Assembly: GCA_963749085.1 (NCBI GenBank)
Contig: CAVVLG010000002.1
Coordinates: 445,863-509,862 of the forward strand
Direction of reading: 5' to 3'
DNA from: Candidatus Adlerbacteria bacterium
GTDB taxonomy: Bacteria > Patescibacteriota > Minisyncoccia > Phycocordibacterales > SBAW01
Length of the DNA: 64,000 bases
The notes below the pieces were generated by a model. That model did not search any database. It had not been told where the DNA came from and saw nothing but the letters and a program-made list of their open reading frames with translations. The translations under genes were made by a program, and so were the position numbers. Positions 10,659 to 21,665 of the stretch are shown here, in pieces. Each line of letters opens with the position of its first letter. Position 1 is the stretch's first letter.

Positions 10659-11396
10659 CTAGGCCAACCGGTACACGCTCCAGCGTCTTTCCCCCTCCTT
10701 ACGAACAAGACCCTTCTTAATAAGACTGGCAAGCTCGCGCTGTATGGTCTTCTCGCTGCAATTCTTGACAACTGCAGATATATCCTTTATAGATAGATTA
10801 TCGTTGCGTTTCAATAAATTAAGAATAACGGACACCCTTTCTTCAGCAACCGCAGAGTGTCCTTTTTTGTTATTTGAGTGTCCTTTATAATGTCTTTTAT
10901 CAATGTCCTTTAGACTAGTGCCTGCGCCCAAAGAGCGGGTGGCGTCCGGGGAGAGCATCGGGGACTCGACATCAACTTGAACAGAAGGGACAGAAAAATC
11001 TTCCCGGGTAATAAAAGGGGAAAGCTGACCTGCACCGGCCATTTTCTCTGCTATCTGTTCATATTCTTGAATAAGAATAAGGCTATTTTCATTACTTATC
11101 AGACCTTGCGTGGTACTCAATCTCACCGCTGAAAGCAATCCTAAAATATCGGCAAGCACTACGGCGAGATCCATTTCCCCTGCTACAAAATGAAGCATGG
11201 TTTGAGGCAATTGTATAGCTGAATGAACCAAATTTCTAAAGGTCTGAATGTCCGATGAGCGCGAACGCTCCGCAAGTACAGCGAGCACATGCGCAATTTT
11301 TTCAGCTTTTAAATAACAAAAATACCAATCTGCTCGTCCTTTAAAAAGGATTGATTTTAAAGCGAATTCATGAAATTTTTTCGGTATATCAGACAC
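10659..11396 (-). CDS. protein with C-terminal DeoR-like wHTH
   Basis: LSIKDISAVVKNCSEKTIQRELASLIKKGLVRKEGERRWSVY. Confidence 0.75.
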   Translation of the reverse strand: MSDIPKKFHEFALKSILFKGRADWYFCYLKAEKIAHVLAVLAERSRSSDIQTFRNLVHSAIQLPQTMLHFVAGEMDLAVVLADILGLLSAVRLSTTQGLISNENSLILIQEYEQIAEKMAGAGQLSPFITREDFSVPSVQVDVESPMLSPDATRSLGAGTSLKDIDKRHYKGHSNNKKGHSAVAEERVSVILNLLKRNDNLSIKDISAVVKNCSEKTIQRELASLIKKGLVRKEGERRWSVYRLA

Positions 11397-11515
11397 GTTT
11401 TGTCTCTTATATGTCTTTAATAATTTAGCTTATTTTATCGGACATTCAGTATGGGACTACTGTCCTTAGCGTAACCGTAAGAGTTGATTGATGCAAGCAG
11501 TGGTATGATGTTGAC

Positions 11516-13702
11516 ATGGTTGCAAGATATTCCAAGAACGGCAAGAAAAATGGCAGGCAATCTAGCATAGTGAACATTCCCCAGGAGACAAAACGGGCCA
11601 TAGGAGCCGTTCTCCTTATCCTAATAGGTCTTTTGTTGGTGCTTGCAGGGTTTGGCGTCGCTGGTACCGGCGGCACGGACATCTATGGCCTTTTTGGCTC
11701 TTTGCTTGGGGCTATTGGGTACTTTCTCTTGCCGCTCCTTTTCTTTATGCTCGCGGGCAATGCTCTGCGTGAAGATTCGACCGGCTTTACGCCTTTGAAA
11801 ATTACCGCGGGAGGTATCTTTGTGCTCTCAGGACTAGGGTTTTTGGCGCTGGTAGCAAATAGTGGCGGACTCGTGGGGACGCTTATTGCAAACCCTGCAG
11901 TGCATTACTTCGACATCTATGCCGCCCTCCTTATACTGGGGAGTGTCTCCCTTATGTCCCTCCTCATTCTCCTTGAAGGAAGGATTTCCTTGCAACCTTT
12001 CTGGGCTTTGAAAAATCTGCTGATGCGACTCTTCGCACGCATGAAAAAGACTGGGGAACCAACAATGACCGGGCTTGAAGTAGATGAGGAGGTGGAAGAG
12101 CCGGTATATGAAGAAGCATACGAAGTAGATGAGGAGGAGCTTCGCGCGGTGGTCGAGGCTCCATCACACGCCGTGAAAGCGAAGCGGGCAGCGGACACGC
12201 TGAAATCCTTGCTCGGAACGTACAATCCTCCGCCGTTGTCCTTGCTTGAGCGTGATCGAGGCCGACCAGGAGTCGGAGATATTAAAGGTAACGCCAATAT
12301 TATTAAACGAACGCTTGCAAACTTCGGCATCACGGTTGAGTTGGATGAAATCTCTATCGGTCCGTCGGTCACGCGCTATGCGATAAAACCAGCCGAGGGC
12401 GTGCGTTTACAAAAAATAGTTTCCCTGCAGACGAACCTTGAGCTCGCACTTGCCGCGCATCCAGTGCGCATCGAGGCGCCTATACCGGGTAAGTCGTTGG
12501 TCGGGATTGAAGTTCCTAATTCTTCGAAAGTAACCGTGGGCCTTGGCACTATGTTGGAGTCGCCGGAATATACCGAGTCAGGAAAACCATTGTTGGTTGC
12601 GCTCGGACGCAATATCGCAGGAGCGTCCATTTTCGGCAACCTCGGGAAGATGCCCCACATGCTCATTGCGGGTGCAACAGGATCCGGAAAGAGCGTCGCC
12701 ATACACGCAATAATCAACTCGCTTTTGTACCGCTGCGGCCCGCAGCAATTGCGCTTCTTGATGATAGATCCCAAGCGTGTTGAGCTCACTATGTATAACC
12801 AGATCCCTCATTTGCTGACCCCAGTCATTACCGATGCCAAACGCACCATTACCGCCCTGCGCTGGGCGGGCAAAGAGATGGAACGGCGCTACAACGTGCT
12901 TGAGGCAGAGCACGTTCGCGATATCGAGTCGTACCATCAAAATATTTTGACTCCGGAGCTTGAAAAAATACGCAAGCGCGGCGGGGTTGAAGAAGGTGAG
13001 AAAATTCCAGAATTGATGCCGTATATCGTCATTATCATTGACGAGCTCGCCGATATCATGCAGGCCTATCCCCGCGAGCTTGAGGCCGTGGTGGTGCGCT
13101 TGGCCCAAATGAGCCGCGCGGTCGGCATACACCTCATACTCTCAACTCAGCGGCCGAGCGTTAACGTCATTACCGGGCTCATCAAGGCAAATATACCCGC
13201 GCGCGTGGCGCTCCAAGTAGCCTCCCAAATAGATTCCCGCACTATCCTTGATCAAGGAGGGGCTGAGAAGCTCCTTGGAGCAGGTGATATGTTATGGCTC
13301 TCCGGCGACATGGGTAAACCAATCCGCCTTCAAAGCGCGTTCATCAGTGAAGGAGAAGTAAAAAAGGTCGCGTCATTCATCGCGAAACATAACGAAGCAG
13401 AAATCCCGATTGATATTGGTACTCCATTGCCCACCACAAGCGGCATGGGCACGGGCGGTGGATTTAGCGATGAGGAGGACGTGGATGATGAGGTATACGA
13501 AGCGGCACGTCAAGCGGTTATTGAGGCTGGTAAGGCCTCAACGTCCTACATCCAGCGCAAGCTGCGCATTGGATATTCGCGCGCTGCACGCATCATGGAC
13601 ATGCTGGAGGAGCGCGGCGTCATCGGCGCCCAAGATGGGTCCAAGCCACGCGACATACTGGAAAAAGGCATGGACATGGCGCCGGAAGGCCGGGAGGAAT
13701 AG
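11516..13702 (+). CDS. ftsK: DNA translocase FtsK/SpoIIIE
   Basis: N-terminal TMs, PHMLIAGATGSGKS, IIIDELAD, TQRPS, C-terminal gamma domain (QRKLRIGYSRAA). Confidence 0.97.
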   Translation: MVARYSKNGKKNGRQSSIVNIPQETKRAIGAVLLILIGLLLVLAGFGVAGTGGTDIYGLFGSLLGAIGYFLLPLLFFMLAGNALREDSTGFTPLKITAGGIFVLSGLGFLALVANSGGLVGTLIANPAVHYFDIYAALLILGSVSLMSLLILLEGRISLQPFWALKNLLMRLFARMKKTGEPTMTGLEVDEEVEEPVYEEAYEVDEEELRAVVEAPSHAVKAKRAADTLKSLLGTYNPPPLSLLERDRGRPGVGDIKGNANIIKRTLANFGITVELDEISIGPSVTRYAIKPAEGVRLQKIVSLQTNLELALAAHPVRIEAPIPGKSLVGIEVPNSSKVTVGLGTMLESPEYTESGKPLLVALGRNIAGASIFGNLGKMPHMLIAGATGSGKSVAIHAIINSLLYRCGPQQLRFLMIDPKRVELTMYNQIPHLLTPVITDAKRTITALRWAGKEMERRYNVLEAEHVRDIESYHQNILTPELEKIRKRGGVEEGEKIPELMPYIVIIIDELADIMQAYPRELEAVVVRLAQMSRAVGIHLILSTQRPSVNVITGLIKANIPARVALQVASQIDSRTILDQGGAEKLLGAGDMLWLSGDMGKPIRLQSAFISEGEVKKVASFIAKHNEAEIPIDIGTPLPTTSGMGTGGGFSDEEDVDDEVYEAARQAVIEAGKASTSYIQRKLRIGYSRAARIMDMLEERGVIGAQDGSKPRDILEKGMDMAPEGREE

Positions 13703-13738
13703 ATTTGGAGGTACCTATCTTTGTGCTAAAATCCTCCC

Positions 13739-14086
13739 ATGACACGGTGGCTTATCGCTCTTGTTGCCATAGTAATTATCGGCTACGGGTTATTTGAGGC
13801 GCGCAAGCTTATTGAGGGACCAGTGGTGATCATACAATCGCCTACAGACGGGAGCGCAACGTCGAGTACCGCAGTCGTTATCTCCGGCGAAGCGGAGAAC
13901 ATCTCGTTTTTGACCATCAATGACGCGCCTGCCTATACCGATGAGCAGGGGCACTTTTCCGAGTTGCTATCTCTGCCAGCGGGATTTACCATATTGACCG
14001 TTGCCGCGATAGACCGGTTTGGGCGAAGAGTATCAAAGTCGGTCTCAATAAACGTTCTTGATTATTGTACTATTACTAATGCATAA
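13739..14086 (+). CDS. membrane-anchored Ig-like domain protein
   Basis: N-terminal TM followed by a beta-rich domain (LTIND...GHFSE...AIDRFGR). Confidence 0.6.
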   Translation: MTRWLIALVAIVIIGYGLFEARKLIEGPVVIIQSPTDGSATSSTAVVISGEAENISFLTINDAPAYTDEQGHFSELLSLPAGFTILTVAAIDRFGRRVSKSVSINVLDYCTITNA

Positions 14087-14093
14087 CTATTGT

Positions 14094-15152
14094 ATGGCCA
14101 AAGGAAAAAATAAAAGTGCGGCAAGAAAAGACAGTACCGCGATAGATGCCGCTATTCGCGAGATAAAAACGAAATTCGGCGACGAGGCTATTATGAAGCT
14201 CGGTGATTCACCCAAGGTGGATGTCGACGTCATACCGTCGGGCTCCATCGGCCTTGATTGGGCGCTCGGCATTGGCGGGTATCCGCGCGGCCGTATTATC
14301 GAAATATACGGGCCAGAATCGTCCGGCAAGACAACGCTCGCCCTCCATGCTATTGCTGAAGCGCAAAAAAAAGGAGGCGTATGTGCATTCATTGACGCCG
14401 AACACGCGCTTGATCCAGAGTACGCCAAGAGAATAGGCGTTAAAATAGACGACCTACTCGTGTCGCAACCCGACACGGGCGAACAGGCGCTTGAAATAGT
14501 TGAATCGTTGGTGCGCTCGGGGAAAATAGACATCATTGTGGTTGACTCCGTGGCGGCGCTGACCCCAAAGGATGAAATAGAAGGCGATATGGGCAGCCAG
14601 CAGATGGGCAAACAAGCACGGCTCATGAGCCAGGCGCTGAGGAAGCTGACCGCCATTACCTCTAAATCAAAGACCCTCATCATCTTTATCAACCAGATCC
14701 GCATGCAAATTGGCATGATGTTCGGCAATCCTGAAACGACCACCGGTGGAAAGGCATTAAAATTTTATACCAGCGTCAGACTCGACATACGCCGCATCGC
14801 CCAAATCAAAAAGGGTGAAGAAGTCGTAGGAGGGCGTCATCGCGTCAAAGTAGTGAAAAATAAAATTGCGGCGCCGTTCCGCAAAACCGAATTCGATCTA
14901 CTCTATAACGAGGGCATATCTCGCGAAGGCGAACTGCTTGCGCTCGGCGAGAGCCTCGGCATTATCCACAAATCGGGTTCCGCGTATTCGTTTGGCGAGG
15001 AGAAGCTGGGTCGTGGATACGACGCATCACGCACTACGCTGCACGAAAATAAAAAGCTTGCTAATGATATCCTCAAGGAAATTCGTACACGACTCTCAGA
15101 GGTGGGCATAGCCGGCGGCAAAATAACCGGTGAGGAATCTGGTGAGGGGTAG
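14094..15152 (+). CDS. recA: recombinase A
   Basis: [23 protein letters not shown]. Confidence 0.99.
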   Translation: MAKGKNKSAARKDSTAIDAAIREIKTKFGDEAIMKLGDSPKVDVDVIPSGSIGLDWALGIGGYPRGRIIEIYGPESSGKTTLALHAIAEAQKKGGVCAFIDAEHALDPEYAKRIGVKIDDLLVSQPDTGEQALEIVESLVRSGKIDIIVVDSVAALTPKDEIEGDMGSQQMGKQARLMSQALRKLTAITSKSKTLIIFINQIRMQIGMMFGNPETTTGGKALKFYTSVRLDIRRIAQIKKGEEVVGGRHRVKVVKNKIAAPFRKTEFDLLYNEGISREGELLALGESLGIIHKSGSAYSFGEEKLGRGYDASRTTLHENKKLANDILKEIRTRLSEVGIAGGKITGEESGEG

Positions 15153-15161
15153 ACTCCCTCT

Positions 15162-15491
15162 TTAAAATGCCATTTGGTGCTGAGACGTAAGCGATTTAAC
15201 GATATCTATTACGAGTGCCGTAAAGGCGCATATGGCTATCAGTAGCGTGAATTGGACCGCACTGTTGGTGTGTTCAACTGCAAACAAGAGATAACCGCTC
15301 GTGGCATTGAGACCGCCACGCTCCACCGCAAGAAAATTTTGGAGCACGTGGGTGACACTGACCAGCCGCCACAGGGCTACCGCAGCCAGAATAAGCACAT
15401 AGAACTCAAGCGCTGTGCGCGAAAGGAGCTTGCGCACGGTATAAATGACCGCCACACCTGCCATTACTTGTCGTTCGATAGTCGTTTTCAT
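15162..15491 (-). CDS. membrane protein, possible anti-sigma partner
   Basis: Hydrophobic helices; co-oriented 11 bp downstream of the ECF sigma. Confidence 0.5.
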   Translation of the reverse strand: MKTTIERQVMAGVAVIYTVRKLLSRTALEFYVLILAAVALWRLVSVTHVLQNFLAVERGGLNATSGYLLFAVEHTNSAVQFTLLIAICAFTALVIDIVKSLTSQHQMAF

Positions 15492-15502
15492 ACGGCTTTA
15501 AA

Positions 15503-16090
15503 CTATTGTCTAACACTAATGGTTTCGTAAATCTTTCTGAACTCCTTTTTGGCGCGGTGCACTCGCGTTTTTATAGCACCGACGCTCACCCCCTCTTCTC
15601 TCGCCATCTCCTCTTGGGTTTTCCCGTCTATAAAAAATGACGAGAGTGCCTGAGCAAACATGTACGGCATACGTGAGAGCACCGACGCTACCTCGTCCCT
15701 TAGTTCTTTTTTCTCAAACTGCCTGAGATTTTTATCTGGAATGAGCGCCCAAATTTCATCATCAAGCTCAGCGGTCATGGCCCCTGCTTTCTTCTTCTTT
15801 TGATAGTGCGTGAGCGCGGTATTGATGAGGATTCGATAGCCCCAAGAGGAGAAACTAGCGCCTTCCTGTTTTTTAAATTTCGCCGCGTTGAGATAGATCT
15901 TAGTGAAGGTCTCCTGCACGATATCCTCGGCCTCTTCCCGCTCACGCACTATGCCATGCGCCTTGCGCAAAAAAGGTTCCTCGTACTTGCGCACCAGAAG
16001 CGCGAACAGTGACGGATGCGCTAAAGAAGCCGCGAGCAGCTCTTCGTCGCTTCTTTCAGCCCTTTCCTCTTCTAATGATAGGTACGCCAT
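15503..16090 (-). CDS. ECF-type sigma-70 factor
   Basis: AEDIVQETFTKIY, FSSWGYRILIN (region 2); GAIKTRVHRAK (region 4). Confidence 0.92.
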   Translation of the reverse strand: MAYLSLEEERAERSDEELLAASLAHPSLFALLVRKYEEPFLRKAHGIVREREEAEDIVQETFTKIYLNAAKFKKQEGASFSSWGYRILINTALTHYQKKKKAGAMTAELDDEIWALIPDKNLRQFEKKELRDEVASVLSRMPYMFAQALSSFFIDGKTQEEMAREEGVSVGAIKTRVHRAKKEFRKIYETISVRQ

Positions 16091-16204
16091 GCCTACAGGA
16101 TATATCATAAGAGCCGTCGTTTACAACTACCGAGCTTGCCGAAAGGTTGCATGACCTATGTTTTTATGTACAATGCATCTAATCGCCTGAGGGCGATTTT
16201 ATAT

Positions 16205-16774
16205 ATGCTCGAATATAATGAAATTCTTCCTAAAAAAGTGATACTTCTCGAAGGCGAGCCGTACGAGGTTCTCGACGCTCATGTCTTTCGCAAACAGATG
16301 AGAAAGCCCGTGAACCAGACCAAGTTGCGCCATCTCATCACCGGTAAGGTGACGGAGCAGGCGTTCCATCAATCGGAAAAGGCCGAAGAAGCCGATCTGA
16401 GCCTCAAGCCTATAAAGTATCTCTATACTAACCGCAGTGAATGGTGGTTTGCCTCGCCGGAGAATCCCGCTGAGCGCTTCAAACTTTCTGCTGAGACCGT
16501 GGGCCCCGGAAGTCAGTTTCTCAAACCAAATTCAGTACTGGACGCAAATCTGTTTAACGACAAGATTATTTCGCTGCGTATACCCATTAAAGTAGACCTG
16601 CTCGTGAAAGAAGCGCCGCCTGCAGTAAAGGGAAATACGGTACAAGGAGGTACCAAGCAAATAGTGCTTGAGACCGGTGCTATGGTGCAGGCTCCCCTTT
16701 TCGTCAACGGGGGTGACGTGGTTCGCGTCAACACGGAGCTCGGCACGTACGTCGAGCGGGTTGATAAGAAATAA
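16205..16774 (+). CDS. efp: elongation factor P
   Basis: PAVKGNT, LETGAMVQAPLFV..GD..RVNT. Confidence 0.95.
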   Translation: MLEYNEILPKKVILLEGEPYEVLDAHVFRKQMRKPVNQTKLRHLITGKVTEQAFHQSEKAEEADLSLKPIKYLYTNRSEWWFASPENPAERFKLSAETVGPGSQFLKPNSVLDANLFNDKIISLRIPIKVDLLVKEAPPAVKGNTVQGGTKQIVLETGAMVQAPLFVNGGDVVRVNTELGTYVERVDKK

Positions 16775-16869
16775 GACGAACTTCATCATAGTTCCATATT
16801 TCTTCTGATACGTTTGGGCGAGTCGAAAATTTAACCGACAAGATAACGAGCTTGATGCTCGAACATAGT

Positions 16870-17175
16870 ATGTGGAAACAATGGACAAATGCGATGCTAG
16901 GACTAGCGGTAGTGATCCTTGCCTTTTATAGGCTTTTAAGCCTAAGTGCGTCGTTCACGTGGGTCTTAGTGGCTTTTGGAATTATCATTTCTGTCTTGGC
17001 TATTTGTAGTACCAACGAGGTTATTGCTTCAGAAGATACTCCAAATCTTATACCTGCGGATATGGACGTTATAAAACAAAAGTTCGTACGATCCTACTCT
17101 CAGTCTAGGGAACTTCTTGGGCTGTATGATGTAAAAAAAATAACTATCGGACGATATACGGCAGAAGTGCCATAA
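16870..17175 (+). CDS. small membrane protein (SPW-repeat-like)
   Basis: [11 protein letters not shown] followed by two TMs; convergent overlap with rpsR. Confidence 0.45.
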   Translation: MWKQWTNAMLGLAVVILAFYRLLSLSASFTWVLVAFGIIISVLAICSTNEVIASEDTPNLIPADMDVIKQKFVRSYSQSRELLGLYDVKKITIGRYTAEVP

Positions 17176-17341
17176 AACGCGCGCGCTTAACGGCTTCGGC
17201 CAGTGCCCGCTGGTTGGCAGACGAGAGGCCCGTGCGGCGGCGTGCCATGATTTTGCCATGCGGATTTAGAAACTTCTTGAGAGTCTCAATATCTTTATAA
17301 TCAATCCGCTGGAATTGTGGGCCGTAAAAATCTTTTTTCAT
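17144..17341 (-). CDS. rpsR: 30S ribosomal protein bS18
   Basis: IDYKD...GKI..RRRTG...[13 protein letters not shown]. Confidence 0.97.
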   Translation of the reverse strand: MKKDFYGPQFQRIDYKDIETLKKFLNPHGKIMARRRTGLSSANQRALAEAVKRARFMALLPYIVR

Positions 17342-17343
17342 AA

Positions 17344-17787
17344 TTAGAAAGGAATATCATCAGGGTTAATATCCTCCTCCGGATACTCTATAGCATCTTC
17401 TTTGGACGCTTTTGGTGGAGCCTCAGCGCTTGAGGGAGCTCCCGAGTAAGCACCCGCGCCGCTTGAGCGAGGGCCGAACTGCACGCGTTCGGCAACTATC
17501 TCAGTCTTGTACTGTTTGCCTTTCTCTCCTTCCCAACTGCGAGTTTGAAGTCTCCCTTCGACATACGCGGAACTGCCTTTTTTAAGATACTGAGCACAGG
17601 TCTCGGCTTGGCGGCCAAAGACGACAATATTGTGAAACTCAACCTGCTCGGCTTTGCTGCCATCAGCTTTTTTGTATACGCGGTTTGTTGCAATGCCAAA
17701 CGAACAAACTTGGCCGCCACTTGGAAGCGCGCGAATCTCCGGGTCGCGGGTGAGGTTACCGAACACCATTGCCTTGTTGAGATACAT
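17344..17787 (-). CDS. ssb: single-stranded DNA-binding protein
   Basis: [26 protein letters not shown]-terminal DDIPF. Confidence 0.98.
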   Translation of the reverse strand: MYLNKAMVFGNLTRDPEIRALPSGGQVCSFGIATNRVYKKADGSKAEQVEFHNIVVFGRQAETCAQYLKKGSSAYVEGRLQTRSWEGEKGKQYKTEIVAERVQFGPRSSGAGAYSGAPSSAEAPPKASKEDAIEYPEEDINPDDIPF

Positions 17788-17792
17788 AATAT

Positions 17793-18302
17793 CTAGTTTA
17801 CCAATGCGTCTATTGATTTATTGAGTTCCTCTTCGGAGACTTCGCTACTTTGCTCTTTCGTTGAAACGGGTTTTTGTATCGTTTCGCCCTCAAGTCGGTC
17901 AGAGGTGAAGATGAGACGACGGGGACTTTGAACCTCTTCACGCACGGTCTCAATAAGCAGATAACGCAACGTATCTTTGCTTCCGCGCAGATACGAGTCA
18001 ATGGCCGAGATGTCCTCCCGCTCAAGTGCAAATTTTATCGCTCCAAAATATGCGTTGACGTATTTCTCGTGCTTGCCTGCGGCCGCACGCTCAATGGTGT
18101 AGGCGAGCACTAGTTTGCGCGGAAAATCTTCTTTGATGATCTCAGCGTTATGCTTCAGAAGCTCAGCACGCAGTTTTTCGACAATACCAAGAATACCCTC
18201 TTCTCCAACGGTGGGCACGATATGAAAACCGATCTCATAGACCGGCTGTTTGCTGTGCTCCGCTTGAGATGAGGTCTGAGTGACCTGCGGCGACTCTGCC
18301 AT
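17793..18302 (-). CDS. rpsF: 30S ribosomal protein bS6
   Basis: YEIGFHIVP, LAYTI, LRYLLI; rpsF-ssb-rpsR order. Confidence 0.88.
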   Translation of the reverse strand: MAESPQVTQTSSQAEHSKQPVYEIGFHIVPTVGEEGILGIVEKLRAELLKHNAEIIKEDFPRKLVLAYTIERAAAGKHEKYVNAYFGAIKFALEREDISAIDSYLRGSKDTLRYLLIETVREEVQSPRRLIFTSDRLEGETIQKPVSTKEQSSEVSEEELNKSIDALVN

Positions 18303-18329
18303 GCGTGGCACTATAGCAGAGCAGGCTTT

Positions 18330-19109
18330 TTATTGCAACTTGAAAATTCGTTGTGAATTAAGGACGATTTGGTGACTTAGTTCTTCAACTGACATATGTT
18401 TGATCGCGGCCATTTTTTTTACTACTTCTTCCACATAAATCGGCTCGTTGCGCTTCCCCCTAAACGGCACAGGTGCGGCAAAGGGCGAGTCAGTTTCACT
18501 TAATATTTTATCGAGCGGGGTAATCCGTATAGATGCATCATACATATTGGTGTAAGTTATCGGCCCGGGAAAGGAAAGAAAGAAACCGAGGTCGAGATAT
18601 TTTTGAGCAAGATCGGCAGAACCCGTAAAAAAATGTATGACGGCTTGTAATGTATTATATTCTTTTTTATAACTTCCTAAAATCTCAAGCATGTCATCGT
18701 GTGCATTTCTACAATGAATGATGAGTGGTTTCTTTACTTTCAAAGAAAGTTTGATTTGCAATATAAAGTGCTGCTTCTGTACAATTTTTTCTTCATCAGT
18801 GCTGCCAGAGCGAAAATAGTCGAGGCCACACTCCCCTATTGCGACAACGTGGCGCTCGCCTGCAAGCTTCTCGTACTTTGCTATATCAAAATGCTCTTTT
18901 TTATTATCATTGGGGTGCAAACCAACTGAGGCCCATAAAAAATCGTGTTGTTTTGCGAGTTCAAGCCCCGCCATGCTGGTGTCTATATCCGTCCCGACAA
19001 CAATGCCTCCAACCTCCCTTTCCTGCATTCGCAGGAGTACCGCCGCCTGATCAACGTTAAACTGCGGCAACTGCAAATGACAGTGCGAGTCAAAGGATTT
19101 CAGCCTCAT
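18330..19109 (-). CDS. tatD: TatD family DNase
   Basis: DSHCH, GLHP, IGECGLDY, ETDSPF, RGKRNEP. Confidence 0.95.
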   Translation of the reverse strand: MRLKSFDSHCHLQLPQFNVDQAAVLLRMQEREVGGIVVGTDIDTSMAGLELAKQHDFLWASVGLHPNDNKKEHFDIAKYEKLAGERHVVAIGECGLDYFRSGSTDEEKIVQKQHFILQIKLSLKVKKPLIIHCRNAHDDMLEILGSYKKEYNTLQAVIHFFTGSADLAQKYLDLGFFLSFPGPITYTNMYDASIRITPLDKILSETDSPFAAPVPFRGKRNEPIYVEEVVKKMAAIKHMSVEELSHQIVLNSQRIFKLQ

Positions 19110-20557
19110 TCTTTGCGGGGGAAAAGGTTATCCGGTTTTTTATTTTTAATAACCGCCTGTCTAATTTTTTCTGAAGTCTCAGGCATGAACACTTGAAGCT
19201 CATTCGCCAGCAAATACACTTCTTTGACTAAATCCGTTATGAGTAGAATGCCTTTTTTCTTGTCTTCTTTCACGAGTTTGAAGGGCTGGTGAAGCTGTAT
19301 GGTTTGATCGATCTTTTGTATGTACGACCACAAAATGTTCATCACCCCCGGTATATCAAACGTCTCCATCTCTCGGTGATAGTCTATACGCGGATATACG
19401 TTGCCACTCACGTCAACCGGCCCGGTAAGATTGCCTTCGGCCATTTTCATGACGCGACTCACGACATTACCTAAACCATTGGCGAGTTCCCCGTTATAAA
19501 TCTTCTTAAACCCTTCGCGCGTGATATCGCCATCTTCAAATGGCGAGATATGTCGTGCGAGGTAGTAGCGCACTGCATCGCTACCATACTCCCCCAAGAG
19601 ATCAAAGGGATCAATGACATTCCCTAACGTTTTGCTCATTTTTTTGCCCCCCGAGGTAATAAAACCATGAACCAAAAGGGATTTAGGCAGCGGCAGCCTA
19701 GCCGAGAGCAGCATCCCCGGCCAAATCGCGGCATGAAAACGCAAAATATCTTTGCCGATGACGTGCATCCTCATTTCAGCACCTTCCCAAAACTCCTTAT
19801 ACAGTTGATCGTCCGATCTACCGAAACCGAGCGCGGTAATATAATTTGCCAGTGCATCACACCATACATACATAATCTGCGAGTCATCGCCAGGAACCGG
19901 AACGCCCAAACCGGCAGGCCAATCGCGTTTCCGCGGCCGCGAAAAACTCACGTCCTCCAGACCCTCCGAAATAAAGGACAAAATTTCGTGCCTGCGAGTT
20001 GCGGGAGCAATGAGAAGTTCGTCTGTTTCTATTTTTTCTCTTATAACGTCGGAGTATTTTGAGAGGCGGAAAAAATAATTCTCTTCTTTTATTCGCTCGG
20101 GAACGGTGCCGTGCTCAGGACATTTACCGTCAACTAATTCTTTCTCGGTAATAAACGACTCATGACCGACACAATAGAGTCCTTCATACTCCTTTTTATA
20201 AATATCGCCCGCTGCATCGAGTTTTTTCCACAGAGCAATTGCACCAGGCCAGTGTATGGCGCGGTCGGTTGTACGAACAAATTGGTCGTAGGAAATGTTA
20301 AGGGCCGTGTACAAATCAGAAAAATTATTGACTATCTCGTCAAGAAATACGAGCGGATCTTTTTTTTCTTTTTTTGCGGCATCTACCATTTTTTGTGTAT
20401 TCTCATCCGAACCGGTCAAAAAATACGTCTTGCGCGTTAGACGATGATAGCGAACAAGAATGTCGCTTAAGGTTGTGGTATAGGCATGCCCCAAATGCAA
20501 CTTAGCATTGGGATAAAAAATCGGCGTGGTGAGATAAAAAGTTTTGTTATCGGACAT
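19106..20557 (-). CDS. metG: methionine--tRNA ligase
   Basis: HLGH, YVWCDAL, IGKDILRFH, KMSKT. Confidence 0.97.
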   Translation of the reverse strand: MSDNKTFYLTTPIFYPNAKLHLGHAYTTTLSDILVRYHRLTRKTYFLTGSDENTQKMVDAAKKEKKDPLVFLDEIVNNFSDLYTALNISYDQFVRTTDRAIHWPGAIALWKKLDAAGDIYKKEYEGLYCVGHESFITEKELVDGKCPEHGTVPERIKEENYFFRLSKYSDVIREKIETDELLIAPATRRHEILSFISEGLEDVSFSRPRKRDWPAGLGVPVPGDDSQIMYVWCDALANYITALGFGRSDDQLYKEFWEGAEMRMHVIGKDILRFHAAIWPGMLLSARLPLPKSLLVHGFITSGGKKMSKTLGNVIDPFDLLGEYGSDAVRYYLARHISPFEDGDITREGFKKIYNGELANGLGNVVSRVMKMAEGNLTGPVDVSGNVYPRIDYHREMETFDIPGVMNILWSYIQKIDQTIQLHQPFKLVKEDKKKGILLITDLVKEVYLLANELQVFMPETSEKIRQAVIKNKKPDNLFPRKE

Positions 20558-20566
20558 GCATTGAAA

Positions 20567-21643
20567 CTACTTGGCTTCGCCGTCGGGTGCAAGCCCTTGG
20601 CGAGCAAGCGCGCGCGTCTTTTCCTTGTCGATATCGGAGACAAATTCTTGAATAGCACCTGCGATAGGCACTGACAAAAGAACGCCCAAAAATCCCACTA
20701 GTTGGAAACCAACCAGGAGGGCAAGAATAACGAGAAGCGGCGGTACGCCGACCACTTTTTTGACGACCACGGGATAAATAAGATTGGCTTCAAATTGCTG
20801 AACAATAATGAAAAGCCCTGCAACCAAAAGTGCTTCGGTGAGTCCGGCATTCGCAAGCGCGACGGCAATGGCAGGTATTGCGGCAAGAAACTGTCCGAAA
20901 ACGGGGATAAGCTCAAAGACCGCTGCCAAAACGGCCAAAAGGAGGGCATATTTAACACCTAGAATAACGAGACCGAGGTAGAGCAGCACACCAACGATGA
21001 CCGCAAGCACAATCTGTCCTTGCATCCACTTGCCTATTTTCACCTGAGAGCGCTTCCACAAATGGAGCACATATGCCTGCTCCTTGATAGGAGTGACCAG
21101 ACGAAGAAAATCATCGACCCCCGTCTCCTGGACCGAAAAATAAAAAGAAAAAACGACTACCAGCACGAAGGATACGATGCCACCGAAAAAGGCGGCCACC
21201 GTGGTGAAAACCCCGCCAGTTGAATTAGTGAGGGTGGTTGAAATATTTTGCAATAAGTCCGCCGAGTTGAAGGTCTGAGCTACCGTGCCCCACGGCAAGA
21301 GACCGTGCGTGGTATCGGATATATTGAGCGAGGAAAGAGTTTGGGGAAGCTGCTGGAGGAACGTGGCTGCATCGTTAAGCACCGGCGGTATAAAGAAAAA
21401 CAGTACGGCAAAAAATACAATCGCAACTATAAGATAGACCAGTATTACTGATACGAGCCGTGGTATACGCTGTTTCGTAAAAAAACGAATTGCTGGCTCC
21501 ATCGCCGACGCAATGACCACCCCCGTGAGGAGGACCAATACAATGTCGCGCAAATACCACAACAATCCCACCAGTAGCACAAAAAGTACCGCAGTGATTA
21601 TGGTACCCGGCGTTACAGTTACCGAGATGTTTCGATCGGCCAT
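20567..21643 (-). CDS. AI-2E family transporter
   Basis: Multi-TM; ELIPVFG, QQFEANLIYP, LLSVPIA. Confidence 0.88.
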   Translation of the reverse strand: MADRNISVTVTPGTIITAVLFVLLVGLLWYLRDIVLVLLTGVVIASAMEPAIRFFTKQRIPRLVSVILVYLIVAIVFFAVLFFFIPPVLNDAATFLQQLPQTLSSLNISDTTHGLLPWGTVAQTFNSADLLQNISTTLTNSTGGVFTTVAAFFGGIVSFVLVVVFSFYFSVQETGVDDFLRLVTPIKEQAYVLHLWKRSQVKIGKWMQGQIVLAVIVGVLLYLGLVILGVKYALLLAVLAAVFELIPVFGQFLAAIPAIAVALANAGLTEALLVAGLFIIVQQFEANLIYPVVVKKVVGVPPLLVILALLVGFQLVGFLGVLLSVPIAGAIQEFVSDIDKEKTRALARQGLAPDGEAK

Positions 21644-21665
21644 ACGCACATGATAGCACAATGCC

